Assembly (NCBI RefSeq): GCF_004010195.1
Contig: NC_057755.1
Coordinates: 5,383,789 to 5,447,788 of the forward strand
Origin: Chiloscyllium plagiosum
Taxonomy: Eukaryota
Reading direction: 5' to 3'
DNA: 64,000 nucleotides
Each line of letters opens with the position of its first letter. Position 1 is the first letter of the stretch. Shown piece after piece: positions 22,301-36,855 of this stretch. Below the pieces are notes generated by a model. It had not been told where the DNA came from, ran no database searches, and saw only the letters and a program-made list of their open reading frames with translations. Position numbers and translations under genes: made by a program.

Positions 22301-23870
22301 CTCCCACTGACTTTCCCAAGGCAACTATTCGAGATACCTAATCAAGTGTTTGGCTCTTTTATTTGGCGCCATACGCAACTTCTTATCAAGTTGTCTGAAC
22401 TACAGTTGTCTCGTGGTTGGGGGAGTGGATTTGCCAGATATTAGATGTAACCATTAAGTTCTCTGTTCTCGTTTGTTCGTGATTGGGCTTGTGAAAACCC
22501 GACATCAATATGGCTAGATATTGAGGCCTCCCAGTCAAAATGTTCCCTAATCAGCCTTTTATTATTGGATAAAATGAAGTCGATCATGGAATATTGACAT
22601 AATCTGATTGTTAGTAATAGTTTAAGGCATGGAGGAGAATGCAGCAGAAGAAGGGTAATATGTCCAAAACATCATTTCTTACCCTGGGCAGCCAGGGGAA
22701 TCTTCTGTTTGGCCGGTTTATTTCAAGGTGAAATAACGATGTCGTTTGACCAAATAATTTGTAAACATGGTCTAGTTAGCAAAGACCTTTTCTGCTTTTT
22801 TCAGGTCAGAGATTTTATTCAGAAAGGGACCATGCCCATGACCAACCACTGCGGATCTATTGTGGAGAAGAGGCTACTTTATGCTGAAAGTACTCTCTTC
22901 ATTAATATGCTTTATTATATCCTGGTGAACGATCCTTCAAAAGACGATGAGCAGATTAGCGAGGTTTGGGAGAGGGAATTAGGGGTTGAGATTTCTATGG
23001 TAGCATGGGGACACATTTGTGAAAATGTGAGGAACATCTCGATTTATAGGACACATGCCATACTGCTTAAGATTTTGCATCGTAGCCATTTGGCCCAATA
23101 CAATGTCTCGAAGTTTAAGATGGGAGCATCCTCCTTTCGTCCTATGTGTAAGGTAAACATTGGTACTCTCATTCATTGTTTATAGTGTGCCACTGGCTCT
23201 ATGCATATTGGAGTTCTGTGGCAGGGATCGTAGAGAGGGCCTTGAAGGCTAAGGTTAACATGGATCCCTATCTCTCTTCTTGTCGGATGACCCAATATAC
23301 TCTCTTTGGATGCACAAGGGAAAAAATTGTAATATCCTCACTTCCTGTGCTCGGAAAAATATTCTAATGTGTTGGTTTTCTGACCCCCCACACCCCCCGC
23401 CCCAACCCGATCTATTGGGTTTGCATCAGCTTATTATGGAAAGTATCTCCCTGAACCATTTTCACAAAAATGGTGCACCGCAAAACAGAACATTTTCTGG
23501 CATCCTTTTCTGAACTGCTCGGATGCAGATTTATCAGTCATTTTAACAACGGCATTCTGATTGAGTGTACTAGATGTCCTTGAAGGAAGAATTCGGAATA
23601 TGTTGTGTGCAATACTTAGTACTCTCAGAAGTCGAGAGGTAATTTTTTTGTGCTGAGCTGTTTTGCTTGTTTATTTATTTATTAACCACCTTTATTGGTT
23701 TTTCTGTTTTGCACATGGGTATAGTTGTATTTTGGTTGTATTGTTCTAGTGGTTGTGGGTTTTCTTTTCTTCCTATTCTTGTTGTTTTTATATATAGATT
23801 AATGTTTGCTGGTGTTGTAATTTATCTTGATTTTTATGGTTTTATAAGAAAATAAAAGTTTCATAAAAAT
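19355..23870 (+). mobile_element. L1-clade LINE ORF2 (APE, RT, Cys-rich C-terminus) plus 3'UTR, degraded
   Basis: GAAILIRKNLPF, LNVYYPP, FTFFSNPHKCHTRIDLFL, SDHAAV, YRPISLLNSDFKIL, FYADDVLV, LPISWLGRVSLIEMN, PMCK..TLIHC; T-rich 3'UTR and AATAAA/A-rich end near 23851. Confidence 0.9.
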
Positions 23871-24469
23871 ATCTATAACACAGGACAACACAGATCTGGA
23901 TTCAATATATTGGCCGAAGGAATGACAAATGTCTAATGATAATTTCTGTCTACTATTGATATATTTTTAAGTATAAAAAGCTTGTCTTTCTCTCTGTAAA
24001 GCGCGAAACTTGATAGAGAAATTGAGAATAACTTGTACCTCTCCCTGTCCCAAGTTTTCGCCGAAACTGCGGCAGTAATATTTTCAATAAAAACCGTTTT
24101 TCTTTTGAATATTGTTGATTTCTTTTTGCTCTCACAGGTCCCAGGTGTTTTAGCTAAATTTAATCCAATTCCACAAGTTCCCCATTTTTAGGCATCAAAC
24201 TGCCTAATTATAAAGGGCTGCAACTCCAATTCTGGTCTAATCAGAAATTTCCTGTCACAGGGTGAAGAGTCAAAATAGTGCCATCAAGTTCCCTTGTGCT
24301 AAAAGTGCTCTGCTGGTCTCCCAACGCCACTGCACAGCAGGTGGTAGGGGTGAAAACACTCAAGGATTCAGAAAGGGAGAGAGGGAAGGCAACAGCTCAC
24401 AGAAGCATCCAAACTGACAGTACCTTCAACGCAGAGCAACACATAGACACACATAACTGGACAGCACAG

Positions 24470-24660
24470 TCATTCTCTCTCTCTTCTTGTCTCGCTCCCC
24501 TTGTCTTTCTCTGTCCTTCTCTTTCACTCTTTCTCTCTCTCCCCCCTTTCTCCATCTGCAGTCTTCGTCTCTCCTCTCTCTCTCGCTTACTCTCTCTTTC
24601 TCCTTCGACCTCCATTTCTCTCTCGCCTTTTCTCCCTCTCTATTTTATCCTCCATTTTCA
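24470..24660. repeat. CT-rich low-complexity tract
   Basis: Polypyrimidine (CT)n-like sequence. Confidence 0.8.
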
Positions 24661-25494
24661 CTCTGCTGCTAAACTTACGACGTTCCCCAAATATTTGCCT
24701 CACCAAATGTGCACTCACAAATATTTTGCTGGCCCCAATATTGCGTTGAGCCCCATTTCCTGGTGCAGAGGCAAGTAAGTCTCTGCGGACTGACTGGCCT
24801 GTGACTGACTGCTTTATTGCACAGCAAGATCCCAATGCTAACATTACAGAAGTTTTACATCACAGAGCGAGTTATTTCAGCCCGTCATGCCTGCACCCCT
24901 CCGCCCCATTAAATGATCCTTGTCCTGTCCAGCTTCTCAGGATTTGTCCAAATGGCATCATTGACTCCGCTTCCAGTTGAGAATGTTCCTCTGCTCTGTC
25001 TCACACTCTGCCTCTTCTGCTGTCACTCCTCTCTCTGTCTCTCCGACAACAGCCCCTCCCTCTTCTCCACTCAAAACAACCCGTAAAACACTCCCCTTCT
25101 CTCAGGGCTCTCACTTTTGACCATTCTCGTGCCCAGAAATTTTAGGGCATTGCCACTGTCTCATTGACCTCTCATCCCCTCCACTCGCAGACTCACAGCC
25201 CCTGGGCTGAAGGACATGGTGCAGAGACTAACTGGATTTTTGACAGGCTACTGTAATACACAGCAAGCTCCCAGCCTGCAGATATCCCCTGACCAAGCAA
25301 TCAATGAGAAAGATACTTCATGCCCCTTCCACTCCCCCGTCGAAGTTTTATTGACCCGGTACAAAACTCAGGCAAGTATTTGAAGTGTCCAAAAACAACC
25401 TTTATTTAATCACACTTGGAGAGAGGTACAATAAGCATATATAAGACGCATCTCCAAACGGCTATTCAAATTACAGTCTTTTATAATGACAGTT

Positions 25495-25994
25495 TGTGTG
25501 TTTCAGGTTGTACTTGTGTGAGAGAAATACAGTGTACTTCAAAGCGTGTGTGTATGTGAGTCAGTCTATATTAGTGTGCGTGTGTGTGCGAGAGAGACAG
25601 TGTACATCAGTGTGTGTGTGTGTGCAAGACAGTGTCCATTAGAGCGTGTCCGTTTGAGAGAGATGGTGTACATCTATCTACGTGTTAGGGAGAAACAGTG
25701 TACATGAGAGAGTGTGCGTGAGATCGACAGTGAAAGTCACAGAGTGCGTGCATGTGAGTGAAACAGCGTACATCAGAGCATGTATGTGTGAGAACGACAG
25801 TGTACGTCTGTGTGTGTGTCTTCATGAGAGAGGCCGTGTACATCGCAGTGTGTATGTGTGAGTGGGACAGTGTTGATCATAATCTGCGTGCGAGAGATAG
25901 ACAGAGTGTANNNNNNNNNNNNNNNNNNNNNNNNNNNNNNNNNNNNNNNNNNNNNNNNNNNNNNNNNNNNNNNNNNNNNNNNNNNNNNNNNNNN

Positions 25995-26027
<33 letters not shown>
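25495..26027. repeat. Degenerate roughly 36-40-bp GAGAGACAGTGTACATCAG(TG)n tandem repeat, N gap (25911-25994) and (CT)n
   Basis: Recurrent ACAGTGTACAT core. Confidence 0.75.
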
Positions 26028-26029
<2 letters not shown>

Positions 26030-26789
26030 CCGACAGTCCCTCACACTTGCACCTTCTATTAGAATGATACTCACATTCAGATAATGTCCCATTTGCAAGT
26101 TCTGGCCGAGAACACCAATTCACAGACGGTTAAAATGACTCTCCAGCCAACAATCGGGAGGACAATTTTTGCGATGCCATTTAATACAGTGTTTGGAGTC
26201 ATAAAGTGCGGAAGTCTTGCTGTGATTGTACATGGGTTTGGGGGTGTGTGGGAAATACTCACCATGGACCAACACAAACGTGAACAACTGCTGTATGTGG
26301 AGGTTTCTACGTGTTCTGAAAGATGGCAGAGAAACAGGCAGATACTCACAATAATGACCGACAGTTAGGAAGGGACAGAACGTCACTTAGTTTTTCAAAT
26401 GGCATCGGAGCAGGACAGGCTCAGATTTTACAATTGGTTTGTCAAAAATGGTCAGGTACGTTGTGAAGAGGAGATAAGTGGTTTTCAAATTCAGAACAAA
26501 AACACAGCAATTTAACGTGCCGGTTTAGTCAACATGATGAAAAATGGAGTGTGAGCAGTTCTTATCAGGGACTGGAGTAGGATAGTAAGGAAAATACATC
26601 AGATTATTGCAACTCAGCACGGAAATATTAAAACTGAGCTGGACTCATTGGAGGCCCTTGAATTTGCCCACCGTGTGACTTTGGTCCAGATTATGGGACT
26701 CCATTCCTACTTTGCACCCTTTGACCTTTCCCCTAAAACTCTGACCACATGCCCCATGTGGGGTAGAGGATGTGCAGAGGTGGGGTGGA

Positions 26790-27680
26790 TGATCATACGT
26801 AGGTTTACGGATGACACAAATATTGACCATTTATTTGACAGTGCGGAAAATAGTCTCTGGTTTGATAAATATAGACAGATTATTCAGACAGACAAATCAG
26901 TGGCAGGTGAAATTTAACTCTGACAAATACATGGTGATGCATTTGGGCTGAAGACATAAGACAAGGGTGTGATCAATGAATAGTGGCACAGTAGGAAGGT
27001 CAGGTGGACATGAAAATCTTGGGATGTATGTCAACAGATCCCTCAACATAACGGGACAGTTTTCACGAGTTGTTAAGGAGACATACAGGGCACATGTCTT
27101 TATCATCCAGGTACAGATTATGAGAGCAGAAAGATCCGTTTGGTGTTCGTTAGTTAGGACGTTAGTTAGTTCACAATGGAGTGTTCTTTGCACTTTTGGT
27201 CACTGCACCACAAGAAGGATCTGGCTGCATTGGAGGGAGTGCAAAGGAGATTCCACAGATTGTTGCTTGGTGTCTACCAGTTTACCCATGAAGAAGGGGG
27301 CTTGATAAACTCAGGCTGCTTTCTTTAGAGCGGAGATCAGGATATGTAAGACTATGAGGTGCGTGGAATGAGTGAACAGGAAGCAATTGTTTCCCTTCGT
27401 CGAAGGACCATGAACAACGAGGCATTATTTTAAGCTGAAAAGCTGGATGTTTGAGAGGACATGAGGAAAAATCTTCTCACTGAGAGGATGATAGGAGAAT
27501 GCACTGTTCTGAGTGGTACGGTAGTTAAGATGTGAAACATCACATCACAACCTTTAAAATTACTTCGATGAGAACTTGAAATGTCATAGCATTCAAGGTT
27601 CTCGGCCAAACGCTGGAGAGTAGGACTGGTGTAGCTTTACTGTAGTTCTGGCAAAACAAACATGTTGGGACAAACGGTCA
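26790..27680 (+). mobile_element. Old CR1 3' fragment, duplicated with gene copy 2
   Basis: RFTDDTN motif; colinear with about 4540-5560 and shares the TAATTCTGTCATTCTAGAAT junction. Confidence 0.7.
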
Positions 27681-28338
27681 CTTCTGTTCCATATAATTCT
27701 GTCATTCTAGAATCCTGAAGCTAAGGTTCTGTATTAGTTTCAAGTTTGTTTTTACTTTGTTTTGAGAAAATATAAGTTAGTGCACGTTCCAGTTGTTGCT
27801 GTGGTCTTTCGCAACATCAAGTTCTCGATTGGAATGCTCAATCATAGAAAGAATTTCCCAACTGAGTTGTAAAACTGAATTGACAAGAAAAGCAGTGGGA
27901 CACAGAGTGCAGTAAAACAAGTTTCAAGGAGCTCCACAACATGAGATAACGAAAGTCTGAATAGCCTCAGCAAAAGGAAGGTCATCGTTCCGTGAAAATC
28001 AAGACATAGTTAGATATTGATTGGAATGAATGAAATCATTCTGTTGTTTGAAGGAAAATTAGGATTGACAGTGAGACTAGCGGGATCGGACTAATCCTGT
28101 CTTTTGGGTACTCAATTACAGGCGAAAATTTCAAAGAGATGACATTATTCCAATTAATCTGATCTGGTAATCTGTTTGTTCAAAAACGAATTGAAGATGT
28201 ATTCAAACTTTCTCTGTGGAGATGCCACATAATATAAATAAAAGTCTCTGCAAATGTGTCATACAATTATGAGAGAAATCTCCAATACTGACAGGTTGCC
28301 AGCAGCAGGAAGGCAGACGCTGTTCCAGAAACAACAGA

Positions 28339-28405
28339 ATGCATCTTCCAAGGCAAACGGTCGAAAAACTGTACAGCACCATCCTTGCAATTATAGGTAT
28401 TCCTG
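28339..28405 (+). pseudogene. GPR139-like copy 2, exon 1 (MHLPRQTVEKLYSTILAIIGIP + 1 nt)
   Basis: Paralog of 6224-6290 with the same 67-nt length and a CCTG|GTATGT donor. This exon is itself intact. Confidence 0.85.
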
Positions 28406-28894
28406 GTATGTCTTGTAACAAATTCTGCAATATGAATACCTGCATTATATCGTACTTATTTACAATGAATGAGTGTTAATAATATTATTCCCATTTAGCA
28501 AGCCAAATCCAAATGCCAGGAGATAGTCTCCTCAATAACTGAGTTTAAAGCAACTAGTTTGACAAATAAGAGACTCATCAGCAAGGTGCAGCATTTTCTG
28601 TCTGAATGTGTTGTGCAGAATGGGTTTGCATTGACGATGCATTGATTAAACTTGAGAAAACAGCGGCCCGGGCTGATCCCAGGAAGATATTAATAATATC
28701 ACTTTCTATCTCTGTGGTAGTTCAAGGACTGCGATGGGTCAGCTGAATTTTGTAACAAACCACTCCCAACCCTACGGGGCATTTACCATGTCTCTGTGTT
28801 CAAATATTTTTGGTGGATTTGACTCAGACAGCTTGCTGCAAATGGGAGCCGAAATACAACGTGGGCAAGGGGTGGATTGAGCAGATTCCAAATA

Positions 28895-30400
28895 TGATGA
28901 ATTGAAATGAATTGAATTTATGGTCACGTGTATAGAGGCACGGTGAAAAGCTTTGCCTTGCGAGCAATACAGACAGATCACGAAGTTAAATAGCGTACGA
29001 TTGGTAAACAGAAGCAAAACCCAAAAAAAATGCAAAGGCGAATGCTCACAGTTTGTGAGTCCATTCAGTATTCTAACAGTCGGGTAGAAAATGTTTCGAA
29101 ATTGGCTGGTGCGTGTGTTCGGGCATCTGTACATTCTCCACAATGGGAGAGATTGTACAAAAATATTGCCGGGGTGAGATGAATCTTTGAGTATGATGGC
29201 GGCCTTTCCTTCACAGGGGGCCTGGTAGGTGGATTCTATAGATGGGAGGTTGGCCTTTGTGACTGTCCGGGCCAAGTTCACCACTCTCTGTAACCGTCTC
29301 CGATCTTGAATGGTACAGCTGCCAGACCAGTTAGTGATACATCCAGACAGAATGCTTTCAATGGTGTACCTATAAAAATTGGCAAGGGTATTCACCGTCA
29401 TGCCAAATTTCCTCAGCGACCTGAGGAAGAAGAGACGTTGTTGGGCCTTTCTAACCAATGCGTCCTTATGAAGAGTCCAAGAAAGATGACCACTCCCAGC
29501 AGCTGACACTCTCCACTCGTTCCACCTCTGTGCTGTTAATGTGTAAGGGGGCATGAGTAACATCCTGCCGAAAGTCAGTAATGAGTTCCTTATTTTTGCC
29601 AGCATTGAGAGCTAGGTTGTTCTCAGTGCACAGGTCTTTCAAGATCTTCCACCTCCAGTCTGTAGTCTGTTTCATTGCTATCTGAGATTCGACCAACTTG
29701 TAAATGGCATTAGTCTGGTATTTGGTGACGCAGTCATGGGTATACAGTGAGTACAGTAGAGGGCTGAGTACGCACCCATGGAGGGCTCCAGTATTGAGTG
29801 TTAGTGCGGATGAAATATTGTCCCCAATCTTCACTGATTGTGGCCTGTGGGAAACTGACGATCCAGTTGCCGAGAGTGGGGCTTAGTCCGAGATGACTAA
29901 GTTAAGTAATCAGTCTCGAGGGGATAATGGTTTTGAAGGCTGAACTGTAGTCAATCATTAGTATTCTAACATCGCTGTTCTTGGTGTCAAGATGTTGAAG
30001 AGAGGAGTGAAAGGCAAGTGCTATGGCATCTGACGTGGATCTGTTGGTCCGATATGCAAATTGGTATGGGTCAAGAGTAGTGGGGAGGCTGGAGTTGATT
30101 CGTGCCATGACCAGCCTTTCAAAGCACTTCATGACCACCGACGTTAGGGCTACCAGTTGGTTGTCATTGAGACATGCTGCCTGAGCCTTTTTAGGCAAGG
30201 GATGATGTTGGCCCTCTTGAAACAGGCATGGACAGTGGCCTGGTACAGGAAGAGGCTGAAGATGTCCGAGAAGACCTCTGCCAGTTGATCTGTGCATGCT
30301 CAGAGTGCACGGCCTGGTCTTCTGTCTGATCCCATCGCTTTCCTTGCATTCTCATTAAAGAAAACTGATCTGACCTCTGATGCAGTGACTGTCTGGATAG
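28895..30400 (-). mobile_element. Rex1/Babar-clade LINE, 5'-truncated, in the intron of copy 2
   Basis: [87 protein letters not shown]; (ATTCA)n-like tail near 28900. Confidence 0.88.
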
Positions 30401-31039
30401 GTTTGTCAGGACTTGTGATGTGTTTTGTTGAATTATTTGATTGTCAAAAAGACGTGACAGTTGTGCCATTAAAAGAAAAACTGTACTGTGGTGCAGAGTC
30501 TAATTGGCAAATGCTCAGATCTGGAGTTTTGTTGTGAACATCAGGTCATATTGATGTCATAACAGCCGACCAGATTTTCAGTCCATTTGACCAGATGTTC
30601 TTAATCGTGATTGGAGCCTCGGAGCAGCACAACAATATCAAATGCATTAAATCATACATCAGTCACCCCAAACTAACTTGTTTTGCATTAGCAAACTATC
30701 CGGTTGTATCACCCAACATTCTGAGACCTTTGGATCAAAGAAGGTTATCCAACGGAATGTTTCCCTCCTTGCCTTTTGTTGCTATTATCCTTTGATGTTC
30801 CACAAACAATACTGATCTATTTGAAGATGCTCCCATGTCTATTCGTTTGGGATGGCTATTTAGTCTTTGGCCATAATTTCGATCAAGCATTTATTATTGT
30901 TATTTTGTTCGTATTTAAAAATCAGTCATGAAAAACCTGAGTATACATTTAGACTAATTTACTGCAACGCCATAGTGCTGTATTGTGAACTTCAATATGA
31001 TAGCCCAGTGATATTGCCACTAGGTTACTCAACCCATGA

Positions 31040-31310
31040 ACTGGATAATGTTCACAGGCCATGGGTTCGAATCCCGCCATGGCAGATATTGGAATTTCAA
31101 GTGAACAAGTATCTGGAATTAAGAGTGCCATGATGACCATGACTTGTCTGTCAGGGAAAAACAAAATGGGCACTAAGTGACTTTCAGGTTGGAACTGCAA
31201 TTCTTAGGTGGTTTGGCCCTTCATCTGACTTTCGACCCAGAGCATTATGGTTGACTCTTAATTGCCCTCTGGGCATTAAATGTACATGGTCAGCGATGAA
31301 CACAGAATGA
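31040..31310 (+). mobile_element. Deu-domain SINE (SacSINE1-like)
   Basis: B box GGTTCGAATCCC followed by ATGGCAGAT..GAATT..TGGTTGACTCTTAATTGCCCTCTG. Confidence 0.6.
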
Positions 31311-34300
31311 ACACAGAAAAAAAAAACAAGTTACTCTGTCAACTTTGTGAAACCTCTGTTATTGTACTTGGCTGAAAAGGCTCAGAATGGTGGAGGTTGG
31401 GTGATGCAAAAGGATAGTTCGCTAATGTAAATCAAGTTCGTTTGGAGGGACTGATGTGTGATTTAACATATTTGATATTGTTGTGCTGCTCCGAGGCATC
31501 TGGCCAAACGGACTGAAAATCTGCTCGGCTGTTGTGACATCCATTTGACTTAATGCTCAGCAATGAGCGACTCAGTGAGTTAGAAATGAAATCAGGCTTA
31601 CCAGTTAATTCGTGATCCATTAGCAACAAATTCCTAAAAGAACATGAATCATCTATCGCCCCTGATTTACATAATGGTGTGTGCTCATGGTGTGTGGCAT
31701 TATTGCACCTATTGTCACAGAGGATGTCTGTCAAATAGTGATGGTGATCTAGAATGCAGAGACAGATTCTTTTCATATATAAATTCCAATAATTATAATG
31801 TGGCTTCCTGCAGTTGCATCAATACAATTCATGATCTCGCTGGTCACTTTTAGCCAAAGGTGAACCTTAGAAAAGTTGTCACATCGTCTTTGCACTCTGA
31901 ACAATCGGAAAGCAGAGATGAGTTGGAATGAACGCTGATTGTGTTGATTTAATGGGATATTGTTCATGACTGGACTCTGTGCGGGTTGACAATGATCATT
32001 CATGGAAATGACCACAGACAGGGCAGTTCAGTATTTTCGGATCCTTCTGTTTGGATGATATCTTTCATGTGAGTTGAATCACTGTACAAAGGCAAGGTGG
32101 TTTATTGGAGTTCAAATTTAGATGCTGAGAAAACCCAGTCTTTTGTGTCCAGTGAGGGATGGAATGTGTGTTAAGGGTTGTAGTGAGATAGTATTGAAGG
32201 GAATTATTGTTGCCAGCTAACACTTGGAAGTTGACAACCTTTTGCAGTAATAATAACACCGAGTTGAACATTTCCTCCATACATTGTAAATGTCTGGGCT
32301 GCTGCATGAACACTGTTGGCTGGGGCATATCTCGCTCACCGTTTTCCATCAGGTGAGAAACGAAGTGGATCAAACACTTTGATGCAATAACTTCCCGTTT
32401 GTTTCAGTCCAAAATGGTTCACCTGAAGGAAAATGTTATTGCTGGAATGTTGGGTGGCAAGATATCAAATGAATTTCATTTGGCATCCGGGAAGACTTTG
32501 CAAGATTCAGAGAGGACCTGTTCCTTCCATACCTACAGAAGTTTATGCAATAGAAAAGACGAAGCGTACTCTGGCACTATCATTCTCTGACGGCTCTCTT
32601 CCAATTTTTTTTTTATTCTTCTCTTGATGTTCTCCTAATGATCCGACTAACTGATTTCGCTGCTGTCTGAATGCTGATCCAGTCCTGTGTAGAACGGATA
32701 CATTCATCCCTTGACTTACTGGAGACTAGAAGTGGCCAGTACGAGGTAGAGTTGTGTTAAATCAATGCACGCAGTTAACATTTCCAAACTAATTCTGTGT
32801 TGTAATTCTTTAAATAAGATAAAAACAAACTTAATCTGCACCTCACACGCCCGCTGCTTTACCCAGTGATTGACTGGGATGTCGCGTACTGTTGATCCAG
32901 ATCTTCAGAAATCACTCTGAGTCTAGGAATTCCTGAATGTGGAATTGTACTGAATGGGAATCATGAACCTCAGACTGGACCATTTCATTGCTGTGGCGTC
33001 ATGCTGCTTGGAGCATATATCATTAGAAAATTAGAAAAAGAGGGTGGGTAACTGCTCAAATAGAACTTTTGACCTATACTTCTTGCTTTTCTCATGATCT
33101 GTAAAGGCAGCATTGTAGCGAGTGTGCACAGCAACAACAGGAGATTAAGCGTGACTCCAATTGCTATTTTATTGGTAATATCTTTCACTGTATGACTGTC
33201 TTGCATGTGGGTCAATAATCGAAAAGGATCACCCAGATGCAGACACAATGCGCCTCAGTGAGCATCTTGCAAATACAATTTTACCAAATGTGGGTTCGAG
33301 CCAAAGTGGAACAACAATCCCCAGTTTGAAAGTGTTATTGGTAAAATCTCTCAAATTAAAGTTACGCTGACTGATAGTTACTAACCGGAGAGGAACAACT
33401 TACCCCAGTGGCATTGTGCAAGGAGCAGTATCCCTGACGATAGAATTTACCTGTCTGTGAGGAACTGAATGAAATGGAATACCTGATCAAAGTGGTGACG
33501 AAGACCATGACGACATAAACCATGTGGGTGTTTCATTTATATTATATTCATTCTTTCTGTTCTGTCCACTGATGAAACAGTTTACTTAGTTTGCAAATAA
33601 ACACTGGATTGCAAATGGGAAAGTCTTTGTAAACTGGTCGTAAATATTTGCTACGAAGTTTACGAAGGAAAATGTCCTCTTGAAGGTAAAGAGATGTGAT
33701 ATTTTTCATAAAATGAAAATGGCAGAGCAACAATGTTATTTCAATAAAAAGCCCTATAAAATTATTATGTTGAGACAAATAATATTTTGATACTAATTTA
33801 TCTTCGAGCAAGTTCGGACAAGTTGTGGGCCGTGGCGACACTAATTTATGATCTGAACGTTAGCAAGGATAGATATCGAGCCGGAAATAATATTATGATT
33901 CACGTCTGATTTTGGTTAGATTTATTCTAACAATTTTTAAAATCTATAATGCGTAATCTTTGCACATTTAATTTTCCAGAGACCTCTACTTTTGGCGTTG
34001 TGTATTGCAATCTCTTTTGGCGGAAGAGGCTTTGAAGACGAACGTACATCAGTCAGTTTTAAGGCAATATATAAAATAAATAATACTAACCAGAGTGGGA
34101 TTAAAATGACTGTTTCAACTTCTAACAATCTTTCGTACCTGTAAAATTATGACTATGGCTAACAATCGAGTTGAGCAGAAATGACAGAACACAATACAGA
34201 ACATTTAACATGTTACTTTAATATACCGTGGAAGCAACTCCCATTACGATGTTATTTAGTAATTCATGTCAATGAACTCCTGTCGCAATCTTTCTCATAA

Positions 34301-36229
34301 GTGGAAATATTATATCCACATTTCTATCACAAAGTGCTGTATACTCTCTGAACATTTTTGGACTGTATGTTACGAACAAAGCTCAGAAATACCACCTCCA
34401 GAATTGTGAACATTTCTCTTTTAGTGTGATAACGACAAATATTCTGACACTGCTAAGAGCCCATGCTCTGTCATTGTTGCTTGTTTTTTGTACCTTAACC
34501 TCTGACCTTCCAACACAACCACATGTTAACTCGCCAATACACCAAACTCAGCATTGTTTACCTTTCATTTACAGAAGCGTTGATTATCAGTTTCTAAATT
34601 AATTGCGCCTATTTTTGCAAAACTTTAATTCCTGAAAATAACTGTTCAGCTCTTAAATATATTAATTATGACCAGAGGTTCACAACATGGCGCCCTCAAA
34701 AAACTCGGGCCAGTGAGATTACAACTGTCTTCGTTTACATCCTGAGTACAAGTGAAGATGATCCTGGCTGTTAAAGGGCAGTGATCTCAGTTGTCATACA
34801 TCTCCGCCGGAATTCGGTAGGGTCATGTGCTCGGCACCAACTCTGTAGATGCCTCATCCATGCACTCCACTGTAATTTCCAAATGAGAGATGCTTTCTTA
34901 TGATTGCACAATGTTTACAACCATTAATGACTCATTAGGTAATGAAGAGGTGTGTGCCCAGTGCAACATCCAGCTTGGAAAGTGTATTGAAAAGTAGCAT
35001 TGGCGTCACACAAGCACCAACAAAAGAACATCGCAAAAAGCGAGAATCTGCCAATCTCCCATTGCCTCACTGTGACAGTACCATCACTGAATGCATGCCT
35101 ATCAACAATGTGGCTCAACCTCTGACAGGAAAAAGACCTCGTCCAACCATGCAAGTGCTGTAGCCACAGGAATGTATCAGACACTCTGATTACTACAGCA
35201 ATAAATATCCTACCTGCCTCTACAATTAATTTGCATAATCCAAACAGCATAGCTCACGGGTGGGTTGGAATTCTCTCTATGTATCTGGCTGACAGCAGCT
35301 CAAATGTAACACTGAGTACAACACTCACAGGACAAGCAGCTACTTCATCGGCGTGTACATCACCACAATGAGTACTCACTCCCTTCACAAACAACATGCG
35401 TGATGAGCAAAAGATAGCTTTCACAGGACGTAAAACATTTGCACTCCAAGTCGGTTACAGCAGCTCCCTGTAAACCCTTGACCTCTAGTACCTCGAAAAC
35501 GAGAGCAGCAGATGCAAAGTAACGATACCACATACAACTTCCTATTCAAATCAGACTTCATTCTGACATGGCAATGTATTGTCATTCCATCATTCTTGCT
35601 GGGTTCAGATTCTGCAACTCTGACCCAAAACCAGAGTGGCTTGCCTCCACCCCAAAGAATTTAGATGCTCATAAAGATGGATGTCTAACACTGCAAGGAC
35701 GAACAAATAGGGCTGGAGAATTCACATTGCCCGAGATACAAATGCTCACAATCCGTGTGCAAGTTCGAAAATAATCACAATTCCCAAACCTGCAAGAGCG
35801 TTCCTCTGAACACAAGCAGTGGTTAGTGTTCAAAAAATGTGCCATACAGCAGAGCGAAGGAGAAATGTTCAAGGCGAAAGGCTGAGTGTTTGCTGCTGAG
35901 GTTCTGCCGAATTTTGGGCATCAGCTATGGCATCAGATAATCCGTCTCATAGCTTATTTTTCTGAGTCAAATGAATTCCCCAACTGCTGCTGGTCTCAAA
36001 GCCAGGAGACAGCTCCATTTTCCTCAGTTGCCTCTGCTGGGTACTGGTCTTCCCTACGGCAGGTAACAGCAGAGAATCACGGGGAGAATGCCTTGTCTTC
36101 AAATCTGGTGTAGATCATTTCACAGTTGTGACAATGTACTCAGTGCAGGGGTATCTAATCGAAGGGAATGGTCTAAAAAGGGACCAGTCATGTGCACTGG
36201 GGAGTTGGCTGTGCAAGGAGAGCTCCGTT

Positions 36230-36590
36230 TTCTTTTAGTCATTGAAAACATGTGGGTGTCACTGTCTCGGCCAACACTTCCCAGCCTTCCAAAATTGTGC
36301 AGAGGACAGGAAGGAGTCTTCCAGATTGTTCTGAATCTGGAGTCACATCTAAGTCAGACCAGGTAAGGATGACAGAACACCTTCCCTTAAGGATATCAGT
36401 GATCGATATGACTACCTTTTCCTGACAATTGAAAACTATTTCATCTTCATCATTACAATCTTAAGTCCAGATTTCTATTTTAAATCAAATTCCAACATCC
36501 GCCATTGTGAATGTCAACCGCAGCTTTCCAGAACATTATCACACTTTTTGCTTGAACAGTATATTTGTAAGACCGTTCAGCCATCGTCTC
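36230..36590 (-). mobile_element. Deu-domain SINE-like element
   Basis: Reverse-orientation similarity to 31040-31310. Confidence 0.5.
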
Positions 36591-36627
36591 CCATAATCTT
36601 TCGCATTGGCCTGAATTCGTAAGTATA

Positions 36628-36855
36628 ACGGTGGCACTGTGGTTAGTAACAGACACCCAGGTTGAATTTCAGTCTTGAGCAACTGTCTGCGTGGAATTTG
36701 CACCTTTATCCTGACCTGTCATGATTAAAAAGCAACACGGCCTTGAGAGTGGGGGGGGAGGGGGGGGGGGGGTATTAGTGCTCGACTCCTCGGAGGATCG
36801 GCGCAGACTCAATGGGCAGCATGGACTTTCTCCGCTCTGCACCGTTCTTGTGATC
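36628..36855 (+). mobile_element. Degraded HE1/V-SINE
   Basis: GTGGCACTGTGGTTAG head and GTCTGCGTGGAATTTGCAC V-domain. Confidence 0.55.

Noticed and set aside
24278..24844. Ser/Leu-rich and Arg/Glu-rich ORFs of up to 166 aa
   Set aside because: Produced by a CT-rich low-complexity tract.
34688..34705. TGGCGCCC, resembling a tRNA-Lys primer-binding site
   Set aside because: Only 8 nt match and there is no adjacent LTR or gag.
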